Positions 1 to 7,476 of a stretch of 62,686 nt of DNA are shown one piece after another. The position numbers and the translations under genes were made by a program. The number at the start of each line of letters is the position of its first letter. The stretch's first letter is position 1. Below the pieces are notes generated by a model, which saw nothing but the letters and a program-made list of their open reading frames with translations, was not told where the DNA came from and did no database searches. The DNA is from an uncultured Rhodobacterales bacterium (GTDB lineage: Bacteria; Pseudomonadota; Alphaproteobacteria; Rhodobacterales; CAZPXZ01). The stretch is taken from the NCBI GenBank assembly GCA_964586735.1, contig CAZPIN010000105.1, forward strand, positions 1 to 62,686, in the 5' to 3' direction.

Positions 1-13
1 CCCCCCCCCCCCC
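1..13 (+). repeat. Homopolymeric poly-C tract (at least 13 C, cut by the window edge) directly upstream of the SD and start codon of Calx-beta autotransporter 1
   Basis: Positions 1-13 are all C, followed by gctcAGGGAGGGcgtc and ATG at 30. The same layout (poly-C, SD, ATG) recurs at 7451-7479 before the paralog. Confidence 0.9.
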
Positions 14-29
14 GCTCAGGGAGGGCGTC

Positions 30-3000
30 ATGAGGTGGCTGCGGACGGCGGGACTGCTGCTGGCATTGGCCGGCATGTGGCCGCTTGGCGCGTGGGCGCA
101 GATGGAGATGGATCCAGTGCCGGTTACGCTGGTCAAGAATACGGGTAAAACTGCAACCCTCAACGGAGTAAGCATGATCGCAGAAGCTACGAATGGAGTC
201 GTGGGCGCTCCGGCAGCCGGGTATACCGCCATTGCGCAACCGTTTCGCACTGGAGCGTCGGCTGGCGGCTATGAAATAGAAAGCGTGGATGTATGGAATG
301 ATCGAACATTAACCCACGTATTCCCGTTTGCCACACTTTCCTTTGTGGTTGAAATTGCGGAGGGGAATGCGGCGGGCACTGCGCCGGAAAGCGCCGATGC
401 CAATGTTTTGCACAGATGGACGTATGACAACTTGCAGAGTACAGCGAATCTTCCGGGCGGTGGCAGCGGCACCGCTTTGCGGATTGAGGTGGATGTGGAC
501 GACGGTACGCATGCAGCGCCAAAGGGTGACAGTGAAACAACGCTCTCCCCCAACACCACTTACTTTCTTGTACTAAGGTGGGCCAATATGACGGGTACGG
601 GGAGAGGATTCACTTCAGGTCCTGTTTCGAGAGACACCTTGGCAACTGACGTGGACACGGACAGCGCCAGCGGCTGGAGTCTGCCGGGCATTGTGAGAGG
701 AATTCGCACCCCTGGAACCTGGGTAGACTTTACTTCAGCGTCCAGGCTGTTAATCGATATCGAGGGGCACATACTGCCCCCGCCGGAGATCAGCATCAGC
801 GACGCTGACGCCGTGACGGAGGGCAATGGGGGAACGGGTGAAGCACCTGTATACCTTGAATACCCGGTGTCCATCGACAAGGCTCCGACTGAGCCGGTTA
901 CGGTCAGCTATGCGCCGGTCGCGTATGATCGAGTAAATGGGCCAACCACGGCGACGGCAGGCGAGGACTTTGTGACGGCTGATGCGTCGGGGACGCTGAC
1001 TTGGGAAGCAGGAGATGACACCGACAAGCTGATTAGGGTGCGGGTCATCGGCGACACGCTGTTCGAAATTGACAGAACTACATTTACCGAAACGCAGGAT
1101 GTGGCAATTATGCTGTCTTCGCCGACCGGCGGCGCCACTGTGAACATGGATATGGACACGGCTTCCGGCACTATCACTGATAACGACGCCAAGCCGCAGA
1201 CCACCGCCCGCGTGACAACAGTTGCAGAGGGCGACTCGGGCGATGCGGCCAGAACTCTGGACTTTGTAGTTACAAGGACAGGAGATGCGGACGAGACCGT
1301 TAACATAAGTACCGAAGTTTGGGTCCAAACCACAGCAGGGGTTTTGCCTGGAGAACCAGCCAATTTGGAACTCGCAGCCTATAACACAGATTTTACCATT
1401 GCAGGAGTCTCGGGCATAAGCGAATCCGGTGGGGCCATTGAAGGAGGTATCAGGTGGGGCGCCAACGAATTCGAGAGGACGGTTTCATTGCCTATTGTAC
1501 TGGACAACATTGCCGAGCCGGACAAGTTTATTGGTTTTTCCTTGGTTCGAGGCTCCTATATGGATGTTGTTGGGGGCAGCGGAGACAATGAATTTGAACG
1601 ATACTTCTTCGGCACCCTGACGGACGATGACCGGGGCATATCCATCGACTCGCCGGAAGTTACGGAAGCTAATTCGGGAGCAGACAGCACCCTGATGTAC
1701 ACCGTTTCGCTGGACGGAGTATGGCCGCATGATGTTACCGTGGAATACTTGGTGACCGGCGGCGACGCGGTAGCGGGCACCGACTACAATGCACTGACCC
1801 CCGGTACGCTGACGATTACAGCAGGCAGCACGTCGGGGACGATCGACATTACGGTTCCTGGCGATGGCGACCCCGAACCCGACAAGACGATTGAGGTAAC
1901 GATCCGCAACGCGCAGTGCGCGTCCTGCGCCGCCAATCTTGTGCCCACTATCACTACGGACGTTGGCGTGGGCACCATACGCGACAACGACACCCCCAGA
2001 GTGTCCATCAGCTCGCCAGCCGCCGTGACCGAAAACGCCGGAACGATGACGTTCAATGTTACGCCAGGTTCGGCCCCTACAGCGCAGGGAACTGTCACTT
2101 GGACGGTGTCCAGCACGAGCACGGCCATGGCAGGCACCGCCGCCGATTACACCATCGCGGACGGCAGTGGTACGCCGCTGAGTGGCACGTTGACGTTTCC
2201 GATAGGCGTCCGCACAGCGCAGCCGATCACGGTTGCCATCAACGACGACATGATCCACGAAGCGGAAGAAACCATCGTCATTGACCTTTCCTCACCCAGC
2301 GGGGGTGTCATACTGGACCCGGCGGCGTCCACCGGTACAGGCAGGATCACGGACAACGACCCCATCCCTACGCTGTCCATCAGCAATGCGACGGTCACCG
2401 AAGTCGATACCGGCACCTCTACCCTGAGCTTCACCGTAACGAAGCAGAATCAAACTGCGCTGCCCGCAAGCGTCAGCTACAGCGTAACGGGCGGCACGGC
2501 GACGTCCGGCACCGACTTCACGGCGCCCACGGGCACCTCGCTGGAATTCGCACCCGCCGAAACGCAGAAAACCATCGACATCCTGGTGACCGGTGACAAT
2601 CTGGCGGAAGGCAATGAAACCGTAGAGATCACCCTTGCCAGCCCTTCCGGCGCTACCATCGCAGGCGGCATGGGCGTCGGGATGGGTACCATCACCGACG
2701 ACGACCTTCTGGAGTTCTCTATCGACTCGACGCAGGTGGCGGAGGGCGCTGCCGGGCAAATGCCTACGATGACGCTTACCGTTTCGCTGGCCTCGGACCA
2801 CGCCTACTCCATTTCGGTGCCCTACACCGTCGAGGGCAGCGCTACCTCCGGCACGGACTACCAGGCGATTCCCGCCGGTCCGCTCGTGTTCGCTTCGGGC
2901 GAAAGGACAAAGACAATCACGGTTACGGTTACGGGCGATGACGACTCGGAGCCGAGCGAGACGGTCGAAATCGTCCTGGGCACGCCTACCTGCACGGGCT

Positions 3001-6000
3001 GCCCTACAGGACTGGACCCCAGCGTCGCGGCTGGTATGAGAAGGGGTGTGGCCACCATAACCAATGACGACTCGCCGCTTCTGTCCATCTCCTCGCCAAG
3101 CGTGACCGAGGGCGATATGGGCACCGTAGACCTGACCTATACGGTGACGCTGACTCCGGCGGTGGACGATCAGACAGTAACCGTCAGCTACGCCGTTACG
3201 GGCGGTACGGCGGAGGAAGGCGTCGACTACACGGCCCCGACTGGCAGCACGCTGACCTTCCAGCCCACCGTCACTACGCAGACCTTTACCATTAGCGTTG
3301 TCGGCGACGAGATCCACGAAGGCGACGAAGACGAAACGGTAATCATATCGCTGTCCAATCAAACGCCGGGCATCGAGCTGGCGCTGGAGCCCGGTACCGG
3401 CAGGATTGCCGACAACGACCCAGCCCCCGTGCTTTCCATCGACCCGTCGAGCGTGAGCGTGAGCGAGGGCGACATGGGTACGACGGACCTGGCATTCACG
3501 GTTACCAAGACCGGGAACGAGACGGCGCTGCCCGCGACGGTCAGCTTCGCCGTGGCGGACGGCACGGCGACCGTCGCCGACGGCGACTACGCCGCGCCAT
3601 CCGTCACTTCGCTGACCTTCGCGCCGGCAGACACCACAATGCCAATTACGGTACCGGTCACTGGCGACAACCGCGCCGAGGAGGACGAGGACCTGACCGT
3701 CACGCTCTCCAATCCTGTTGGCGCCACCATCGGCACGGCCATGGGCACCGGCACCATCCTCGACGACGACCCCCTGACGCTCTCCATCAATTCGCCAGAA
3801 GTGCTGGAAGGCGACTCGGGCACCGCGAACCTGACCTTCGAGGTAACGCTGGCGTCGCTGGCTGCCACTCAGGTCACCGTTGCCTATAGCGTGTCGGACG
3901 GTACCGCGACGGTTGCAGACAGCGACTATGCAGCCCCGCCCGACGGCACGCTGACGTTTCCGGCGGGCAGCATGGCCGCGCAGTCGATTTCCGTAACAGT
4001 CAACGGCGACGAGAACAACGAACCCCACGAGACGGTGACCGTGACGCTGTCCAGTCCCACGGGGGGAGCGATGTTCGTTGGCGGCGATACCACGCTCATG
4101 GGTACGGGCACCATTCTGTCCGATGACCTTCCCCTGATCACCGTAAGCTCGCCAAGCGTGCTGGAAGGGCGCACGGGCACGGCGAATCTCGAGTTTGTCG
4201 TGACGATGAGCCAGACTTGGCGGGATGCCGTTACGGTCGCCTATGAGGTCACGGACGGCACGGCCTCGGCTTCTGACGGGGACTATCGCCCGCTGGCCGA
4301 CACGCTGACCTTCGAGGCAAACACCACCGAGCTCCAGCAGACCATCACCGTTACGGTGAATGGCGACCACACTTCTGAAGGGGACGAGACTGTGACGGTT
4401 ACGCTCTCCAGTCCCGTCAACGCGATCTTCGATGGCGGCAGCTCCACGCTTGCAGGCATCGGCACGATACTCTCTGATGACAGGAGGCTGGCCATCAGCT
4501 CCGCGTCGCAGGTGCAGGAAGGCGATCCTGTGCCAGAAGACCAGGTTGCGGGAACCCCTAGATACCTTGAGTACACGGTGACGCTGAGCCCCGCCGCTGG
4601 CGATTCCCCCGTTCAGGTCGGCTACCAGATTACCGATGCCAGTACCGCCACCCCGAACGCGGACTACGGCATGTCGTCTCCCGAAAGCCCGCTGACCTTC
4701 ATGGCGGGCGAAACCTCTAAAACCATCAGAGTCGCGGTCAACGGCGACTACATTGAGGAGGACAGAGAGTCTGTCGAAATCATGCTGGTGCCAGCTGGAA
4801 GCGCCGCCTCCGTAGCGGGCGCCGTGATCGTGACTCGGTCCGCCAGAGCCTACATTCTGCCAAGAAAGCCTTCGGGCAGCTCGGTGCTGTCGGTGCGGCC
4901 GGGGCGTGTATCGAGTGGCGGAGCCGGAGCGGAGCCGACGGTAGACCTGACGTTTGAGATGAATCCGCCGCGGACGTATCCCGTGACGGTTCAATATCAG
5001 GTGCGGCTCCAGAGCGGCGGGTCAGGCTCCTCCCTTGCTAGAGGCGTAGGGTCCCGGATGCTGGGCGTCACCGCTACGGTTGATCTTGCCGCCAATCAGG
5101 GGATGGCGGATATCACCCATCGTCTGGGGACGTCGTTTGACACGGCTAACGCCCGCGATTTGGAGGTGCTGGTCGAGCAGGCACTGGTAGCGTCCAGCGG
5201 CGATCCCGACCCCAACGTCAACATTGCTGGAGTGCAGGCAGCGGTACGGGGAGGCGGCGCGTTTACCAGAGTGGGCGCGACGGACGCCGCTCGGCTTGCG
5301 AGGGGCTTGGGCTACGTGCTGTCCAGCGCAGGAAGGTCGCTTGCCACCGGACTTGTCGATGCGCTCTGGGAGCGCGCTGCGGCCCACCGGGCGGGCAGCG
5401 GAGAGCAGGTCGCCGTACTGGGCGGACGCGCCGTTGACACCGGGGCCTTCGCGCCGGGCACGGACGCCGGCCGGGCGGCGCGGGAAGTAGCCGGGTTGCT
5501 TGGGATCGAGGCCATAGCGCCCTCGGTACAGGCTGCCTCCTACTCCGGTGGCGTCTACGGCGACGGCATCGAATCGTACCGCGAGTGGGCTGGCCTGCCA
5601 GACTCGGGCGACGCGGCGCGACGCAGCCGATTCGCGCTGTCCCTTGGCGGGAGTGCCGTAGGATCCATCACGGCATGGGGTAGGGGCGACATCCGCTCGT
5701 ACGAGAGCGACTTGGCGGATAAGGGTTTTGCGTCCGAGGGGGAATCGTTCGCATGGCTGTTTGGCGTCGACTACCGGTACCAGGAAGACATTGTCGTAGG
5801 GGTGGCGGTCAGTCGGCTGTCGGGTGAGACCGACTACGTATTTGACGATAACGAGGGCGAAGGCGTGGTGGAAACAGGCCTGACCAGCTTCGCGCCATGG
5901 GTGCACTGGACCAATCCCGCCGGATACGTCGGATACGAGGCGTGGGGCAGCTTTGGTACCGGGTCGGGCACGGCGACGGTCGACGAGGACGGCGGCAAGG

Positions 6001-6785
6001 TGGAGACCGACGTAACCACGCGCATCCTGGCCGCCGGAGTGCGGGGAAGGGAGATGCCCTATGGGCGGGCCATAGTGGCGGCGAAGGCTGACATGTATCG
6101 GGCGACCCTGACATCGACCGCGGCGGAGGGCGGCCTTCAGGTGGCGGATGCGGACGGCAACTCTTCCCGCGTGCGGCTGGCTGTGGAGGCCGCGAGCAGC
6201 AGCAGCCTTGAAAGCGGCGAACAGCTCACCGCTGGATTGGACGTAGGAGCGCGGTTTGATGGCGGCGGGGCGGAGAGCGGTATGGGTGCGGATGTAGCGG
6301 TGGACTTCCGCTATGCCCACCCAACCAACGGCATCGAGGTGACGTGGCGGAACAACTGGCTGCTGTTTCATGGCCAAGACGGGTACAAGGAGTCGGCTTT
6401 CAGTCTCGGCGTCGCCTTTGACCCGGGGATATCCGGGCTGGGCTTCCACATGAACCTGGAGCCGTCGTGGAACGCCAGCCATCTGGGTGGCGGGTCGATG
6501 TGGGACTCGGGACCGGCCGCCGGCCTACTGAATCAGACCGGCGATGGCGCGGCCTATCGGGCTCGGCTCGGCTACGGCCTTGGCGCGCTGCGGGGGCGGG
6601 CTCTGGCGACAGCGTACGGCGAAGTCGACGGCGGCGAAGACGCGCGCATGCGACTGGGCGCGGACCTGCGCAACGCGGACAGCGGCATCAGCGCGGTGCG
6701 GCTGGGGATCTACGGGGAGCGCGAGCACAGCGGAGCGCCGGGCGAGGACGACACGATCATGCTGGAGGGGCGGGTCGGTTTTTGA
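30..6785 (+). CDS. Giant Calx-beta-repeat autotransporter-like outer-membrane protein (paralog 1, 2251 aa)
   Basis: SD AGGGAGGG lies 4-5 nt before ATG 30. Signal peptide MRWLRTAGLLLALAGMWPLGAWA/Q. A ~230-aa head is followed by about 11 tandem ~100-aa Calx-beta-like modules. Each module opens like ISISSPxVTEGD, has a core like VxYxVTGGTAxxGxDYxxxxGTLTFxxGxTxxTIxVxVxGDxxxExxETxxVxLS, and closes GTIxDDD. The C-terminal ~390 aa (nt ~5620-6782) shows alternating-hydrophobic strands (AWGRGDIRSY, GVDYRY, RLGYGL) and ends LEGRVGF, as in autotransporter beta-barrels. Confidence 0.88.
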   Translation: MRWLRTAGLLLALAGMWPLGAWAQMEMDPVPVTLVKNTGKTATLNGVSMIAEATNGVVGAPAAGYTAIAQPFRTGASAGGYEIESVDVWNDRTLTHVFPFATLSFVVEIAEGNAAGTAPESADANVLHRWTYDNLQSTANLPGGGSGTALRIEVDVDDGTHAAPKGDSETTLSPNTTYFLVLRWANMTGTGRGFTSGPVSRDTLATDVDTDSASGWSLPGIVRGIRTPGTWVDFTSASRLLIDIEGHILPPPEISISDADAVTEGNGGTGEAPVYLEYPVSIDKAPTEPVTVSYAPVAYDRVNGPTTATAGEDFVTADASGTLTWEAGDDTDKLIRVRVIGDTLFEIDRTTFTETQDVAIMLSSPTGGATVNMDMDTASGTITDNDAKPQTTARVTTVAEGDSGDAARTLDFVVTRTGDADETVNISTEVWVQTTAGVLPGEPANLELAAYNTDFTIAGVSGISESGGAIEGGIRWGANEFERTVSLPIVLDNIAEPDKFIGFSLVRGSYMDVVGGSGDNEFERYFFGTLTDDDRGISIDSPEVTEANSGADSTLMYTVSLDGVWPHDVTVEYLVTGGDAVAGTDYNALTPGTLTITAGSTSGTIDITVPGDGDPEPDKTIEVTIRNAQCASCAANLVPTITTDVGVGTIRDNDTPRVSISSPAAVTENAGTMTFNVTPGSAPTAQGTVTWTVSSTSTAMAGTAADYTIADGSGTPLSGTLTFPIGVRTAQPITVAINDDMIHEAEETIVIDLSSPSGGVILDPAASTGTGRITDNDPIPTLSISNATVTEVDTGTSTLSFTVTKQNQTALPASVSYSVTGGTATSGTDFTAPTGTSLEFAPAETQKTIDILVTGDNLAEGNETVEITLASPSGATIAGGMGVGMGTITDDDLLEFSIDSTQVAEGAAGQMPTMTLTVSLASDHAYSISVPYTVEGSATSGTDYQAIPAGPLVFASGERTKTITVTVTGDDDSEPSETVEIVLGTPTCTGCPTGLDPSVAAGMRRGVATITNDDSPLLSISSPSVTEGDMGTVDLTYTVTLTPAVDDQTVTVSYAVTGGTAEEGVDYTAPTGSTLTFQPTVTTQTFTISVVGDEIHEGDEDETVIISLSNQTPGIELALEPGTGRIADNDPAPVLSIDPSSVSVSEGDMGTTDLAFTVTKTGNETALPATVSFAVADGTATVADGDYAAPSVTSLTFAPADTTMPITVPVTGDNRAEEDEDLTVTLSNPVGATIGTAMGTGTILDDDPLTLSINSPEVLEGDSGTANLTFEVTLASLAATQVTVAYSVSDGTATVADSDYAAPPDGTLTFPAGSMAAQSISVTVNGDENNEPHETVTVTLSSPTGGAMFVGGDTTLMGTGTILSDDLPLITVSSPSVLEGRTGTANLEFVVTMSQTWRDAVTVAYEVTDGTASASDGDYRPLADTLTFEANTTELQQTITVTVNGDHTSEGDETVTVTLSSPVNAIFDGGSSTLAGIGTILSDDRRLAISSASQVQEGDPVPEDQVAGTPRYLEYTVTLSPAAGDSPVQVGYQITDASTATPNADYGMSSPESPLTFMAGETSKTIRVAVNGDYIEEDRESVEIMLVPAGSAASVAGAVIVTRSARAYILPRKPSGSSVLSVRPGRVSSGGAGAEPTVDLTFEMNPPRTYPVTVQYQVRLQSGGSGSSLARGVGSRMLGVTATVDLAANQGMADITHRLGTSFDTANARDLEVLVEQALVASSGDPDPNVNIAGVQAAVRGGGAFTRVGATDAARLARGLGYVLSSAGRSLATGLVDALWERAAAHRAGSGEQVAVLGGRAVDTGAFAPGTDAGRAAREVAGLLGIEAIAPSVQAASYSGGVYGDGIESYREWAGLPDSGDAARRSRFALSLGGSAVGSITAWGRGDIRSYESDLADKGFASEGESFAWLFGVDYRYQEDIVVGVAVSRLSGETDYVFDDNEGEGVVETGLTSFAPWVHWTNPAGYVGYEAWGSFGTGSGTATVDEDGGKVETDVTTRILAAGVRGREMPYGRAIVAAKADMYRATLTSTAAEGGLQVADADGNSSRVRLAVEAASSSSLESGEQLTAGLDVGARFDGGGAESGMGADVAVDFRYAHPTNGIEVTWRNNWLLFHGQDGYKESAFSLGVAFDPGISGLGFHMNLEPSWNASHLGGGSMWDSGPAAGLLNQTGDGAAYRARLGYGLGALRGRALATAYGEVDGGEDARMRLGADLRNADSGISAVRLGIYGEREHSGAPGEDDTIMLEGRVGF

Positions 6786-6791
6786 GGGGCT

Positions 6792-6814
6792 GGCCGCGCA
6801 TGGCTCGCGCGGCC
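6792..6814 (+). terminator. GC-rich stem-loop 7 nt after the stop codon of autotransporter 1 (possible terminator or mRNA-stabilising hairpin; no U-tract)
   Basis: GGCCGCGC (6792-6799), 7-nt loop atggctc, then GCGCGGCC (6807-6814): a perfect 8-bp stem. No T-run follows, so its function is uncertain. Confidence 0.3.
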
Positions 6815-7450
6815 CTGCGCGACCACGGACACCATCGTCGAAGATTGCCGCAGAGGCAGCCTTCACCTGCGCGAAGCGTGAAACGCGAACGCCATTGGCG
6901 GGAGGGAAGCGCCTGCTGGGCGTAGCAGCTTGGCGAAGCTGGAGACGGGGCCATTCGCAACGGATCTGTCGATGGCAGACGCGGTGATGGTAAAGCCGTA
7001 CTGTGCGGCGCATCCCAATGGCGCGTGGAGAAATGACGGGATATTCGTAGCGCCGCTGCTAGCGGCAGCCGTCATCACCATCGTCGCGGCCACCTGTCAG
7101 CCCAGGGCCAGCCTGTGGCGCCACCGAGCATCCTCGCCGCGTACGAGGCGCATCAGGCCTGAGCCCAGCGGGAGGGTACGGGCTGGAAGTAGATACGAGG
7201 CAGCCGAAGGGCGGGGCCGGGACCGAAGTGGCGGGCAGCGCTATACTGGTGACGCTGGGGCGGCTGGCAGCAGCGCATGCGGGCGCAGGTCGACTGGGTG
7301 CATCCGAGTCGGTGGCCGGAAGCCGTACAGGAACTCGTGGCACACGGCGGTTGCCTAGGACGGCGAGGTGGTGCTGCTGCCGAGGCTTGCCGGCGGGTAG
7401 AATGGCGCATGGCGCGCCGCAAAGAGGAGAAAAGCGCATGCTGAAAGCTT

Positions 7451-7460
7451 CCCCCCCCCC
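7451..7460 (+). repeat. Homopolymeric poly-C tract (10 C) between two SD/ATG pairs upstream of Calx-beta autotransporter 2
   Basis: Sequence: aaaGAGGAGaaaagcgcATG(7438)ctgaaagctt-C10(7451-7460)-gactAAGGAGGGtgtcATG(7477). With 10 C the two ATGs are in frame. Confidence 0.9.
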
Positions 7461-7476
7461 GACTAAGGAGGGTGTC

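Noticed and set aside
2292-4994. 900-aa minus-strand ORF, together with similar long antisense or alternative-frame ORFs. Examples: 5022..6482, 750..1328, 29137..30372, 30656..32788, 33277..34422, 37341..38648, 43423..44901, 43733..45181 and 45273..45899.
   Set aside because: All lie entirely inside strongly supported genes on the other strand or frame. Their translations are Arg/Gly/Ala/Pro-rich low-complexity strings typical of shadow ORFs in high-GC DNA, and I see no recognisable motifs or SD sequences.
6930-7358. 142-aa plus-strand ORF, and other 70-160-aa ORFs in the 6786-7476 spacer between the tandem autotransporter genes.
   Set aside because: They have Arg/Ala-rich composition, no SD and no recognisable motif. 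They overlap ORFs in other frames and are most likely non-coding spacer or decayed sequence.
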